Below, piece after piece: positions 47,075 through 58,408 of a stretch of DNA of 64,000 nucleotides. Positions within the stretch are counted from its first letter, which is position 1, and every line of letters begins with the position of its first letter. The stretch covers positions 215,442 through 279,441 of the forward strand of contig CAWAWS010000022.1 of the NCBI GenBank assembly GCA_963785725.1. The letters are read 5' to 3'. A program made the position numbers and the translations under genes. This stretch comes from an uncultured delta proteobacterium. Lineage in GTDB: Bacteria; Myxococcota_A; Polyangia; Palsa-1104. The notes beneath the pieces are model-generated. The model saw only the letters and a program-made list of their open reading frames with translations. It did not search any database and was not told the origin of the DNA.

Positions 47075-47991
47075 GAGTCGGGCCTCCATTGGCGGGCTCG
47101 ACGAGCCCTGCTGTTGATCGTCGCGAGCTTCGGTAGAAACGCGAGCTCGTAGGTCGTGACGGTCGATAGGTTGATCCGACAATACGGGGAGACGCAAATC
47201 TCCGTCGGTTCAGACTGTTCCGTCAGCTGTGCGCTTCTCGTGCCGTGCGAGTACGGCCACGACGGCGGAGTCACATTCACGTGAAACGACAGAGCCGTTC
47301 TCGCGGTCGAGCCAATGCCTGGGCCGTGAACGGGAATGAAGGGCAACGATCTCAGTGCCCCGAACACATGACCGCGATCAACACGATATCGAAAAAGATC
47401 AACACTCAGATGAAAGCGCCAGTTTTCCGACTGCCCGGTGGCACGATGCGGCCCCGCCGCTCGCATTGGCCGCTCGTCGAATGTGTCGTCGGTGGATGTA
47501 GCTTGGACGGTCTGGACCCAATCCGAGCTGTCCATGGACTGAACGCCGACATGGCATCACCGTCCCTTATTTGGACCCTTCCCACCACTGCTGCTGCACA
47601 AAACGCGCCCTTGACGGGTTCGACTTTGACGACGCAAATCCGCGCACTAGAGAGCGGGTCGCCACGGAACGACGCCGGCAATCGAAACGAGGCGAGACCC
47701 GTCCGATGGTCGCGCCACGCGTTGGGCCTACCATAGTCCTCAGGGGAACGAGCTGTGCCGGAAGGACCAATGACGCAGGCGCGAGCCCTCGTCACATCGT
47801 ACTGTCAGGCGCGACAGATCGCCTACCGCGAGCAAAGTCTTCCGTCGACGCTGGCAGCCATCGCACGGCACCTTCACCGGGTTCGCGTGCACAGTCGTCG
47901 CAACGAAGCCGGAACAGCCGTCGCTCGCTTCAACCGGTTACGAACACCAACGACGCCGGGTGGCCGAAGAGCGCCAGAACAGGAGGACGCA

Positions 47992-48183
47992 ATGGCAGCT
48001 GTTTGGGGAACGGCGATCGCGCGAGCCTCCGGCGCGCCGCTCGCGACGTGGGAGCTCCGCGGCTCCTGGGTTTTCTGGTTGCTTTACCTTGCTTTCTTCG
48101 TCGTCATGGCCCTCATTGTTCACTTCCAGGGCCACCTTCGTACGAGAAAGCCGAACGATCGGCTACCGCGAGTGGGTAGATAG
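47992..48183 (+). CDS. Small membrane protein (63 aa)
   Basis: AGGAGG RBS; one hydrophobic helix. Confidence 0.45.
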   Translation: MAAVWGTAIARASGAPLATWELRGSWVFWLLYLAFFVVMALIVHFQGHLRTRKPNDRLPRVGR

Positions 48184-48227
48184 ATCATAGGGCCAGCTCG
48201 TTACTCGTTGGTCGAGCGGCTCGACGA

Positions 48228-49580
48228 CTAGTCTGGCGACAGAACCGCCAGCACGGCACCGACGATGGCAACGCCGGCACCGGCAAGCTCGGCGAGGTGC
48301 ACGCCGGCGACAATGCGGAGCGCGTACGCGCGACCGCTGCCCGCGACCGCGTAGCCGATCAGCGTCGCGGCCATCGCGGCGCCGAACGTCATGCCGAGGT
48401 TGCGTAGCAGTCCCATCGTGGCCGTGCCGATCCCCAGCTCCTCTTCACTGAGCGCACCGAGCGCGGCGGCGCTGTTGGGTCCCTCGAACGCGCCCAGGCC
48501 GGCCCCGCACAGCGCCATCGCGACCGCGATCTGCTTCGCTGAGCCTGCGCTGCTGGCCAGTGTTGCCAGGATCAACCCTGCCGCGACCATCAGTAATCCA
48601 CCGGCGCAGATCAGTCGCGATCCGATCCGATCGGTCGCAGCACCAGCGATCGGCGCCACGACACCGAGTGAAATCGAGATGACTCCCACGAGTAAACCCG
48701 CCGCCCAAAGGGCCCGCCGCTGACCTTCGATGAGAAAGTACGGCAGCGCGACCACGATCGTAAACAACGATCCGTAACCAAACATCGCGGAGATCGAGCG
48801 CAAGAGGAAGGTCCGGTGTCGCAGCAAGTCGAGGCTCAGGAGCGGCTGCTCGCTGTGGCGTTCGATGACGAAGAAGCCGGCGAGGAGCACAATACCGGCA
48901 CCAAGGGTGGCGAGCGTCGGCGCCGAGGTCCAATGCCAGCGCGTGCCGAAGCTGCCGCCCACGAGCAGCGCCGCCAGACCGAGGGCGCTGGTGAGCGTGC
49001 CCGGAAGGTCCGCACCGAGCTGCCTTCGCTCGGAGCAGGGCAGGCTCCCGCGCGACAAGAGCCAGGCGCCGAAACCGAACGGAACCGCCACCAAGAACAG
49101 CCAGCGCCACGATGCCGCCTGCGTCAACAGCGCTCCGATCGGAGCGCCGAGGACCAGCCCGAGCCCGATGGCGACGCTGGCGCAGGCCAGTGCCCAGCCG
49201 CGATGGTCCGGGTAGGCTTCGACCAGCAGCGGCGCCGCGTTCGCCGCTGCCGCCGACGCGCCGATCCCTTGCAGCGCCCGCGCGCCGATGAGCATCCACA
49301 GACCGTCGCTCACCATGCACACGAGCGAGGCGGCCGAGAACAGCAGCATGCCCCACTGCCACACGCGATCGCGTCCATAACGATCACCCAGTCGGCCGGC
49401 AGGCAGGAACGAGGCGGTGCTGGCAAGGAGCATCGCGGTCATGATCCATTGGACCCGCTCGATGGGACCGTGAAAATGCTGGTGCAAAGCCGGCAGCACC
49501 ATCTGGACGGCCGCGCCGTCGAATGCCGAAATCAAGGTACCGACGGAGACGGCGACAAGGACGCGAGCGGGACGTATCAC
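48228..49580 (-). CDS. MFS transporter (DHA2-like)
   Basis: GRLGDRYGR, ARALQGIG, SWRWLF; many TM segments. Confidence 0.9.
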   Translation of the reverse strand: MIRPARVLVAVSVGTLISAFDGAAVQMVLPALHQHFHGPIERVQWIMTAMLLASTASFLPAGRLGDRYGRDRVWQWGMLLFSAASLVCMVSDGLWMLIGARALQGIGASAAAANAAPLLVEAYPDHRGWALACASVAIGLGLVLGAPIGALLTQAASWRWLFLVAVPFGFGAWLLSRGSLPCSERRQLGADLPGTLTSALGLAALLVGGSFGTRWHWTSAPTLATLGAGIVLLAGFFVIERHSEQPLLSLDLLRHRTFLLRSISAMFGYGSLFTIVVALPYFLIEGQRRALWAAGLLVGVISISLGVVAPIAGAATDRIGSRLICAGGLLMVAAGLILATLASSAGSAKQIAVAMALCGAGLGAFEGPNSAAALGALSEEELGIGTATMGLLRNLGMTFGAAMAATLIGYAVAGSGRAYALRIVAGVHLAELAGAGVAIVGAVLAVLSPD

Positions 49581-49644
49581 GTTGGATGACGGCGCAGGCC
49601 GTCCGCCGGCAGCCGCGCCGGCACGGGGCGTGGGCAGCGCTTCC

Positions 49645-50856
49645 TCAAGTCGAACGCCGCTGCATGGGCACGCGCTGGGATGGGCTCGTCGACTGCGCCA
49701 GGCGGCGCCGAATCGCCTCTTCGAGAACGCGGAGGCTGAGCAGCCGCACCGGTGCGTCTCCCTCTCCGCCAATCGCGCCCACGACGAGGAGCTGATCGGC
49801 CTGCGCCTGGACGGCCGTTTGCAACGCGGAGACGGCGCTGGCGCCGGCAGGGATCGTCACCACGCCGCTGCGCAGTCGGTCGCCGAGGGCGCGAACCATG
49901 ATGTGCGGCCGATCGGAGGCTGAAAATTCGCTGACATCTGCGGCGCGCACGACGCCGCAGAGTCGTGAGTCCGCGTCGAGCACGAGGAGAGTGGGCCGCC
50001 CGATTCGCTGCATGACTGACAGAGCCTCGGCGAGATTGGTGTCGAGGATGACCGTCGGCGGCTGCTCCAGCAACAAATCGGCGAGGCGCAGACCCGACAG
50101 GGCATCTTGGATCTGCCCCGTCTGCGTCTCGGTTCGCGCGCCGAAGAAGACGAAGACGGCGATGAGCACGAGGATGAAGCTGCCGCTCCAGAGGCCGACG
50201 ACGCCCATCCCGACGGCAACTGCCATTCCGATCGTAGCGGCGATGACGGTTGCGCGCGCGGGACCCAGCCGGATCGCCAGGAGCGCGCGAAGAACCCGCC
50301 CGCCATCCATGGGGAACGCCGGCAGCAGGTTGAACCCGCCGAGCACCAGGTTGAGGTACGAGAGATAGGAGATTCCGAGTCGAAGATCCGCCGAGGCCGG
50401 CCCTATCGCATGTAACAGGGTGAAGAGCACGCCCGCCAGCCCGAGGCTGGTTGCAGGTCCGACCACGGCGACCAACGCCTCCGTTCCCGGCCGTTCGGGT
50501 ATGCGCTCGAAGTGTGAGACGCCACCGAGCAGCATCAATGTGATGTCGCGAACCCGGCCGCCGCGCGCGATTGCGACCAGCGTGTGAGCCAGCTCGTGCA
50601 GGGCAATGGACACGAATAGCGCCAAGGCCAGCAATACGCCCCAGACGAGCGCCGGAGCTCTCAGCTCCTCGGGCGCAACACCCGCCATACCGGTGACCCG
50701 CTCGAACTGGCCCGAGAACATGACCGCCAGATACGCGAGCAACAGGAGAAGCGTCCAATGAGCGCGGACAGGCACACCTTTGACATGAAAAAGAGTCAGT
50801 GCGCCGTGCTGGTACATGACCGTTCGACGATGCAGCTTTCGCACCGGTGTTCGCAT
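49645..50856 (-). CDS. Site-2 protease (M50) with degenerate CBS pair
   Basis: HELAH, NLLPAFPMDGGR. Confidence 0.92.
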   Translation of the reverse strand: MRTPVRKLHRRTVMYQHGALTLFHVKGVPVRAHWTLLLLLAYLAVMFSGQFERVTGMAGVAPEELRAPALVWGVLLALALFVSIALHELAHTLVAIARGGRVRDITLMLLGGVSHFERIPERPGTEALVAVVGPATSLGLAGVLFTLLHAIGPASADLRLGISYLSYLNLVLGGFNLLPAFPMDGGRVLRALLAIRLGPARATVIAATIGMAVAVGMGVVGLWSGSFILVLIAVFVFFGARTETQTGQIQDALSGLRLADLLLEQPPTVILDTNLAEALSVMQRIGRPTLLVLDADSRLCGVVRAADVSEFSASDRPHIMVRALGDRLRSGVVTIPAGASAVSALQTAVQAQADQLLVVGAIGGEGDAPVRLLSLRVLEEAIRRRLAQSTSPSQRVPMQRRST

Positions 50857-51185
50857 TGCACGAGCGCTCGGCTAATCACCAAGCATGCCCTGTGGGTCTC
50901 TCTCCGAGCGAGGTTGCGGCCACGCGGCACAGCCCGGCTCGAAATGTCCCGGCTGCCACCTTGACGCGCAGCACCCCCGCTGTCTCCGGCACGAAGAACG
51001 GTCTCGCCCGTCTGCACCATCCGTCGCCGCCACGCAGCTCGCTTGCGATTACGGTTGGAAGATCGTCCGGCCGAGCGTTCGTCGCACTTGGCGATTCGCC
51101 CAGGTCCACTCGGGTCCGCCGGGGCTCAGGCGAAATCCGCCGCTCGGATAAGGGAATCAGTTCGGGCTCAAAGCACGGCGAGACT

Positions 51186-51497
51186 TCAGTGATTCCCCGA
51201 AGCAGGCGCGGCCTCAATCATCGGCGGCAAGAATCGGCGCAGCTCGTCCACTCCGACCAGGAGGACCACGGCATCGCCGACCGATTGGATCATGGCACTC
51301 GGAATCTCGAGCTCGCCTGCGTGAAACATGCTTCGGTCAGCCCCGAGCCGGTCCGCAATGTCTTTGTGCAACTTCAGCCGGACCGACTCGATACGCCAGA
51401 CGTCGCTGTCGATGAAAAGTGCGGCGATCTCTCCGATCGCGAGGCCGTCCGCTGCAATGACGGTTCGGCCACGGAGCGCCTCGTCTGAAAGCCGCAT
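51186..51497 (-). CDS. PRC-barrel domain protein
   Basis: LRGRTVIAADG..IG..LFID..W; IQSVGDAVV; AAGGAG RBS. Confidence 0.8.
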   Translation of the reverse strand: MRLSDEALRGRTVIAADGLAIGEIAALFIDSDVWRIESVRLKLHKDIADRLGADRSMFHAGELEIPSAMIQSVGDAVVLLVGVDELRRFLPPMIEAAPASGNH

Positions 51498-52105
51498 GGA
51501 ACAGTCTCCTTCCATCGTCACAAATAGGTTTTCAACATCGAAGCGCAAGAGTCGAGGAAGACGCCGTCGTCGCTGACGGACCGTCCGGTCTTGACGAGGA
51601 TGGGAAACGGCCGAAGAACTCGACAGGATCGCGCGAAGAACGCGGACGGACCGTGCCTGCCGAAACTCGGACGCCCTAGCGTGCTCACGCGGACCGCGCA
51701 CCTTTTCGCCGCAGCGCTTGGATTGGTAGACGCGAGGCACGTTCGCTGCAGCGACAAGGGCAGGCGTGCCGATGGCGCGCCTGGGGAGACGCATATGAAT
51801 AGAATTTGGATGGCTGCGATTACGGCAGCGCCCTTCTTCGTCGGGACGACTGCGTCTGCTGGCGACGCGGCGGCAAGCAACGGCCCCGTGCTGCGGGCAA
51901 GGCTCAAAGGAGCGCTTGGCAGCCGCTGGAGCGTGGAACTGAAGAACGGAGCGGTCGTTGCCAAGCGAATGCGCCGGCAAAGTCCCGGCGTAGACACGAA
52001 GTCGCAGATCGATGAGCAGGAGGCCAAGCTGCGGGCACAGCGTCAGGCCATGCCCGAACGATTCGATGCGGAGACCCTTCGTCGCGTGCTCGCGGTGGTG
52101 CGCTG

Positions 52106-52440
52106 ATGCTGCCGGCTTCGGTCCGCATCTTCGTCTGCACCGAGCCACAGGACACGCGGTGTTCCTTTGACGGGCTGGCCCTCGCGACGACCCAGGTGGT
52201 GGGCCAAGACCCACGCTCGGGCGCACTGTTCGTCTTTCTCAACAAGCGCTCGAACCGAGCAAAGGTATTGTGGTGGGACGCCAACGGCTACTGCCTTCTC
52301 TACAAGCGATTGCATCAGGCGCTGTTCATGCGGCCTCCGACGCCGCCAGGTGAGTCACGCGCCGTCACTATCGACGGTCGCGCGCTGGCGACGCTGTTGG
52401 CAGGCGTAGAGAAACGCCGACGAGGACTGACGGATGATCG
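52106..52440 (+). CDS. tnpB: IS66 accessory protein TnpB (end approximate; the ORF reads on to 52972)
   Basis: SFDGL, LFVFLNKR, KVLWWDANGYCLLYKRL. Confidence 0.8.
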
Positions 52441-54065
52441 CCGATGGCTACGGTGCAGGCGTGTCTGCAGCGCCACCGACCGACAGCGAGCTGGCGTCTT
52501 TGCGCGCGGACGTCGAACGACTCGCGGCCGAGCGGGAGCACTATCGCGAGCTTTATCTGCGGATGCTCGAGCAATGCCGCAAGCTCGAGCTGGGCCTGCT
52601 TGGCCAGAAGTCCGAACGGCTCGGCGCCCACGACGCGCAGCTGACCATGGCTGTGCTGGCGACGCTGCTCGGGGAGCGGCCGGTGGTAGACGAAGCACCG
52701 CCGACCCAGCCCGTACGCGAGCACGAGCGCCAAAAGCCGACCGGCCGTACGCCGCTGCCCGAGCACCTGCCGCGCGTCGAGGTCGAGGTGCTTCCCGACG
52801 ACATCCAGCGCGAGGGGCTCGACGCCTTCGAGCGCATCGGCCAGGACGTGAGCGAGACCGTCGAGCGACGTCCCGCGTCGCTGGTCGTCGTGCGCGTCTG
52901 CCGGCCGAAGTTCGTGCGCAAAGGTCGCCTGCGCAACGCCGAAACCGTCGTGTCGGTGGCGCCACCGCCTGAGCTGCCGATCGAGCGCGGGCTGGCCGGA
53001 CCGGGATTGCTCGCCGATACCATTGTTCGGCGCTGGCAAGATCACCTGCCGCTTTACCGCCTCGAGCAGGTCTACGCTCGTGAAGGCCTCGAGTTGTCGC
53101 GCTCGACGATGTGCGGCTGGCACGGTGAGCTAGCCAAGCTGATGCGGCCTCTCATCGAGGCGATGTGGCAGGACGCGATGGGCTCGCCGTACTTGTGCAC
53201 CGACGCCACCGGCGTGCTGGTACAGGACAAGGAGAAATGCCGCACCGGCCACTTCTGGGTGCTCCTCGCGCCCCAGCGGCACGTCCTGTTCGCGTACTCG
53301 GCGCAAGCACGACAAGGAGGCTGTAGACAGCATGCTCGCTGGCTATCACGGCTACCTCGTGGCCGATGCCCACGCCGTCTACGACCATCTGTACCGGAGC
53401 GGCCGCGTCGTCGAGGTGGCGTGCTGGGCGCATACGCGGAGGTACTTCTTCAAGGCGCTGGAATCGGAGCCGGACAAGGCCCGAGAGGCGTTGGCGCTCA
53501 TCGGCGAGCTCTTCCGCATCGAGCGCCAGATTGCCGAATCGCCGACGCGCAAGCGCGAGGTTGTCCGGCAGCAGGAATCGCGCCCAGTGGTGGATCGATT
53601 CTTCGCCTGGTGCCACGTCGAGACGGTGCGCGTTCTCGACGAAACGCCGCTGGCCAAGGGCATCCGCTACGCGCTCAACCAGCGCGCCGCGCTCGAACGA
53701 TTTCTCGAAGACGGCCGACTGCCGGCGCATAACAACTCTCGGAGAACGCGCTACGCCGCGAAGCGGTCGGCCGCAAGAACTGGCTATTCGTCGGCAACGA
53801 TGATGCCGGCGAGGTGAACGCGGCCTTCGTGTCGCTCCTGGCCAGCTGCCAGCTGCACCGCATCGAGCCCTGGACGTACCTGCGGGACCTGTTCTGCCTG
53901 ATGCCCAGCTGGCCGCGCAGTCGCGTGCTGGAGCTGGCGCCGGTGCACTGGCGTCAGACGGTGGCGCGAGCCGATGTGCACCAACGGCTCGAGGCCAATA
54001 TCTACCGTCGCGCCAGCTTCGCCTCGGTAGCCGCCTCTCTGGCTGCTGCCGACGCTGCTCGATGA
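52434..54065 (+). pseudogene. tnpC: IS66 transposase TnpC, frameshifts near 53305 and 53737
   Basis: KSER, LPEHLPR, DHLPLYR, CWAHTRRYF, GRKNWLF. Confidence 0.9.
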
Positions 54066-54120
54066 ACGGACGCCGTTGAGCTGCGACCAAAGATAACGCT
54101 TAACTTAAGCACATAACGCG

Positions 54121-55746
54121 CTACGCGGCATTCGCTGTAAGCCATCGCTGGCAATATGCCGTTAGATGGGTAGCCAACGCTTCCCCGTCGCCCTCGAACC
54201 CGATATAGCCATCTGGACGTATCAATAGTATTCCGTTCATTTGGCCGAACACAGTCTGGAAGCGCAGGTGGGCCGGCTTGTTCAATGCCGGCCGGATCTC
54301 GACAGTGTCGATAACCGACTCCCAAGGGCGCGCAGCCTCATTCCAGTAAGATCGTCTCGCACCGTTGGCCTCCGGCTGCACGATCAGGAGCGTAAAGTGG
54401 GATGGGTCGAGAATAGAGAACAGACTTCTATCCTCCCATTGGCCGTGAGCCTTCCGGCTGCGGATAGGCAAGTCAGGGAGGCGGTCGCCGGGGCGCAGCC
54501 GGCCCGCATGTCCGTGAAGCTCAGAGAGCGGGCTCCCGCGGTAGCTGACCGCTACTTGGCTGACTTGAGATGGGAGGAGCTCCTGAACGTGCGGGATCTC
54601 TCCGATCCAGGACCCTAGATAGCCTATCAGATGACGGACGATGGATTTCTTGGAACCCATGAGTCCTGCGATCCTTTCCGTCTTTCTGAGAACGTTGCGC
54701 ATCACTGGCAAGCGTTCTTGCTCGTAGGTATCGAGTAGATCCTCAGGCGCCTGCCCGTGGATCACCATTGCCAACTTCCAAGCCAAGTTGATCATATCCT
54801 GAATACCCGTGTTCATCCCCTGACCGGCGGCGGGACTATGGATATGCGCCGCATCGCCACCAAGGAGCACTCGGCCAATCCGCAGACGAGACACGATGCG
54901 GCTGTTCACACGAAACCACGAAGACCAGATCATGTCTCTGAACCGCGCAGGGATATGAGCGCGCTGGTCGTATATCGCCTGTAACTGTTCGATCGTAGGC
55001 GACGTCCCCTCGCCCGGCTTGACTGCGGCACTCGCCGCGATGATGCGGAAGCGCGCGTGGCCCATCGGAAACAGGCCCATATTGCCGTATGCAGAAGTGA
55101 AAACATGATAATTACTTTCCGAGAGATCGCCGTCGACGAATAGATCGCCTAGCGCATACTGCGTGTCGAACGTCCGACCTTCGAAGGAGAGATTTAGCGT
55201 CTGCCGAACAAGACTATGGGCGCCTTCGGCATCGATAAGCCAACTCGCTTCCGCCTGCTCCAGGTGGCCGTCCGAGTGGCGAAGCACGACCTTCACAGGG
55301 CTCGCCTCGGAAGCGAGCGCGTCCTGCACGAAGCCCGCGAGCTCGACTTCGTGCTCGATCGATATGCCCCGCTTCTCAACCGCCTCGGACAGGACTCTCT
55401 CCGTTACTCTCTGCGAAACGAGGAGAATGTAATTATATCGGCTGCCAATTTGGCTGAAATCGAGGTGCAGGAAACGCTTGGCGTCACCGTAAAAACTCGC
55501 GCCGACAGCGGGATGACCGATCTCGACCAATTCTTGCGATAAGCCCCGCATTTCGAGGAGCTCGAGTGTCCGGGCTTGCACTGCGACGGCGCGAGACTGT
55601 TCGGGCTCACCCGGGGACGGTGCCGCAAGCTTGTCAATCACACGCACAGGAATGCCAAAGCGAGACAACTCCAGCGCTGCGGTCAGGCCGGTCGGCCCAG
55701 CTCCTACAACGAGAACAGTACCCAACATGGTCTTAACAAACTGCAC
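54121..55746 (-). CDS. FAD-dependent monooxygenase (UbiH/PheA-like)
   Basis: VVGAGPTGL, DAEGAHS, GDAAHIHSPAAGQGMNTG, IRPDGY. Confidence 0.92.
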   Translation of the reverse strand: MQFVKTMLGTVLVVGAGPTGLTAALELSRFGIPVRVIDKLAAPSPGEPEQSRAVAVQARTLELLEMRGLSQELVEIGHPAVGASFYGDAKRFLHLDFSQIGSRYNYILLVSQRVTERVLSEAVEKRGISIEHEVELAGFVQDALASEASPVKVVLRHSDGHLEQAEASWLIDAEGAHSLVRQTLNLSFEGRTFDTQYALGDLFVDGDLSESNYHVFTSAYGNMGLFPMGHARFRIIAASAAVKPGEGTSPTIEQLQAIYDQRAHIPARFRDMIWSSWFRVNSRIVSRLRIGRVLLGGDAAHIHSPAAGQGMNTGIQDMINLAWKLAMVIHGQAPEDLLDTYEQERLPVMRNVLRKTERIAGLMGSKKSIVRHLIGYLGSWIGEIPHVQELLPSQVSQVAVSYRGSPLSELHGHAGRLRPGDRLPDLPIRSRKAHGQWEDRSLFSILDPSHFTLLIVQPEANGARRSYWNEAARPWESVIDTVEIRPALNKPAHLRFQTVFGQMNGILLIRPDGYIGFEGDGEALATHLTAYCQRWLTANAA

Positions 55747-55844
55747 GGGCTATGCCGCGAAGGACGCCTTGCGCATGCCGACCTAGGGAGGGAGGGGACA
55801 CCGTCACGACGGGCGGCCGCCTTGTTTCGGCACGTTCGACGCAT

Positions 55845-56186
55845 CCGTTCATCGAGCAGCGTCGGCAGCAGCCAGAGAGGCGGCTACCGGGGCGAAGCTG
55901 GCGCGACGGTAGATATTGGCCTCGAGCCGTTGGTGCTCATCGGCTCGCGCCACCGTCTGACGCCAGTGCACCGGCGCCAGCTCCAGCACGCGACTGCGCG
56001 GCCAGCTGGGCATCAGGCAGAACAGGTCCCGCAGGTACGTCCAGGGCTCGATGCGGTGCAGCTGGCAGCTGGCCAGGAGCGACACGAAGGCCGCGTTCAC
56101 CTCGCCGGCGTCGTCGTTGCCTACGAACAGCCAGTTTTTTCGACCGACCGCTTCTCGGCGCAGCGCGTTCTCCGAGTGGTTGTTGT
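55845..56186 (-). repeat. Inverted near-identical copy of the IS66 tnpC 3' end
   Basis: Matches ~53728-54070 (HNNHSENALR..AAADAAR*) in the opposite orientation. Confidence 0.9.
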
Positions 56187-56422
56187 GCGAGGCTCGACCC
56201 ATTCGAGAGCGCAGATCCGATTGGATGGGTGCGAGCGAACGCTCTCGAGAGCGACCTATTGCTGTTCGCCGGCCTCGAGGTCGCGCGCGAGGCCATGGCC
56301 CGAATTCCCGGTCTCTTGCAGAAGAGATTCCCGGTCGCGATCGCGTCACACAGCGAGGCAGGACGATGACTAACGCCGACGTCGACGATGGAGGGCGCGC
56401 GGCCCATGGGTCGAGGATTACT

Positions 56423-56920
56423 TTAGGAGAGATTGTGGATTACAGCCCCGAATATCTTAATGTCTTGAGCTGAATGGCCGGATCGTCGCCAGCCGTGCGC
56501 ACTCTGGCCATCGCGAATCCATATGCCGCCGCTCGCTCTCAATGCATACTCGCCGAGGAAAAGCGACAGGAAGGGCCTCACCACGACGATATCGATGGTC
56601 GGAGCTCCTTCGAGGTCAGGCTGAAACCGCTCGAACAGTTGACCAGTGGCCTTCGCGATCGCTGGATCTGTGATCGTTTGCGCCTTCGATTCGAACCAGA
56701 TGACGAGCACAGATTGTCGAGTAGACGGTAAGTGTCCGCGCCACATCCCGCGAACGCCCCACTCATCTGGTTGGAGCCGCGGGATCAGCTTCCGTGTCGC
56801 TGCGTAGTCGTCGGTGGAATCAGCCGGCGGGATTTCTACGCGCGGCCGCTCGTCAGCCGTCGCACAGAGCGGAGCTGAGAGCGCGAGCATGGCGGTTATT
56901 GGGACAGAAGCGCCTCGCAC
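56423..56920 (-). CDS. Hypothetical secreted protein
   Basis: Signal-like N-terminus; 165 aa. Confidence 0.4.
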   Translation of the reverse strand: MRGASVPITAMLALSAPLCATADERPRVEIPPADSTDDYAATRKLIPRLQPDEWGVRGMWRGHLPSTRQSVLVIWFESKAQTITDPAIAKATGQLFERFQPDLEGAPTIDIVVVRPFLSLFLGEYALRASGGIWIRDGQSAHGWRRSGHSAQDIKIFGAVIHNLS

Positions 56921-57184
56921 GCTTCGAGTGCAGCAATTCCATCAAAGGCGGCAGCAAGCTAGTTCGTAGCAGCGGCCTACTCCCAGCTCCGCAGCTCGAC
57001 GCGAGCAAGATCGGGCTCGCCTAGCGGCGTAGTCTGAGCATCGAAATCTCGGTCGTGCCCGAGGACGCGAGCTTGGGCCGCGCGCTCGAGGAGTCACGGC
57101 GCATACCCCCGCGGCGACTCCGCGCCGACTCGAGCGCACCCGGCGTCGGGGCACGCCGTTCGCGCGTGCGTCGACCCGCGGCCG

Positions 57185-58408
57185 TCAGGGAGTGCCGGTG
57201 CCGCTGTTGCGCAGATCGCCGCGTTCCTTTGGCCACGGCGAGCCGGCGGCGAGACCAGCCGGCGCCACCGGCGTACGGACCAGCGTCGCGTTGCGCAGCC
57301 CAACCCACAGCCGATGGTCCGATAGCGTGAGGCCAGCCACCGGCAGCGTCGGCAGCGGAATCGTCGTCGTCACTGCGCCGTCGCGACCGACGCCGAGCGC
57401 CACCCCTGCTGGCCAGCTGCGCCCACGCGGCACCGCCGCGTCGACCACGGCGCTAACATAGACGCTGCCGTCGTCGGCCACGAGCGGCCCGCCCACGATC
57501 TGCTCGGCGAGCTGCGCGCTCCAGCGGCGGCGGCCGGTGCGCGCGTCCAAGGCCACCAGGCCGCGCCGCGTCGCCACGTAGACGACGTCGTCGCCGCTTA
57601 GCGCAGGCGAGCGAGCAAGCACTTCGTCGACGGCGGTGCGCCAGCCGAGAGCACCGTCAGCGGCCACGCACGTGACCGCGCCATCGGCGGTGACGGCGTA
57701 GCTGGCGCCGCGTCCGTCGAGCGCGACGGGACCGACTGCTCCGCCGCCGAGCTGTGCGCGCCAGATGACGCCGCGCCTGTCGAGCTTGATGACCTCGCCC
57801 TCGGCCGTAGGCACGATGATGGCGTGGCTGGGCAAGCGCGCAGGACCTGCCGACGGCACGGCGCCGAGCGCGACCTCGGAGATGCCCACGCCGTCGCGGG
57901 CATCGTACCAGCGCACCTGGCCGCTCTCGAGCGCGAGGATGACGACGCCACCCGCGACGATGACTCCACCGCGCGGCCGAGCGCCGAGCACGCGTGTCCA
58001 GCGCAGCCGACCGATACTGTCGACGGCGTAGAGCTGCTCGTCGCGGCAGGCGACAAAGCAGGTGCCGTTCTCGCTCAGCGCCGGCGCGCCGTTCGAGGGC
58101 GCGAGCAGGAGATCCCAGCGCGCGTGGCCGTTGGCGCCAGTGCGCTCGAGGACGCCGTCTTCACCGAGCGAGACGACCTCGCCGTCGGCCGTCACCGCCA
58201 CCGGTGCGGCGATCGGCGTGGAAAGGATCACGGTATCGCGCGGCAGCAACGGATCGAAGTCGAGCGGCGGATGGCGGATGAGCTTCGCCGAGTTGGCGCC
58301 CATGCCGTTCGGGCGCCAGGTGGGTGGTGCAGCCCCGGCGATTGCGGCAAGCGCCACCAACAATGTCGACAGGCAAGCGGTGGCTAGCTGTCCCGGCTTG
58401 TGCGCCAT
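57185..58408 (-). CDS. PQQ-like beta-propeller repeat protein
   Basis: Repeats LYAVDSIGRLRW, LVALDARTGRRRW, PLVADDGSVYV; terminal SPWPKERGD..NSG. Confidence 0.85.
   Translation of the reverse strand: MAHKPGQLATACLSTLLVALAAIAGAAPPTWRPNGMGANSAKLIRHPPLDFDPLLPRDTVILSTPIAAPVAVTADGEVVSLGEDGVLERTGANGHARWDLLLAPSNGAPALSENGTCFVACRDEQLYAVDSIGRLRWTRVLGARPRGGVIVAGGVVILALESGQVRWYDARDGVGISEVALGAVPSAGPARLPSHAIIVPTAEGEVIKLDRRGVIWRAQLGGGAVGPVALDGRGASYAVTADGAVTCVAADGALGWRTAVDEVLARSPALSGDDVVYVATRRGLVALDARTGRRRWSAQLAEQIVGGPLVADDGSVYVSAVVDAAVPRGRSWPAGVALGVGRDGAVTTTIPLPTLPVAGLTLSDHRLWVGLRNATLVRTPVAPAGLAAGSPWPKERGDLRNSGTGTP

Larger units (their letters stand above)
52050..54065 (+). mobile_element. IS66-family element, 5'-truncated and frameshifted
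   Basis: TnpA tail (FDAETLRRVL), TnpB and TnpC in the canonical order. Confidence 0.88.

Noticed and set aside
51591..52106. Intact IS66 TnpA
   Set aside because: Only the last ~17 aa resemble TnpA; the rest looks like an unrelated fused fragment.
52106..52972. TnpB as an RNA-guided IS200/IS605 nuclease
   Set aside because: Its motifs are those of the unrelated IS66 accessory TnpB; no RuvC motifs.
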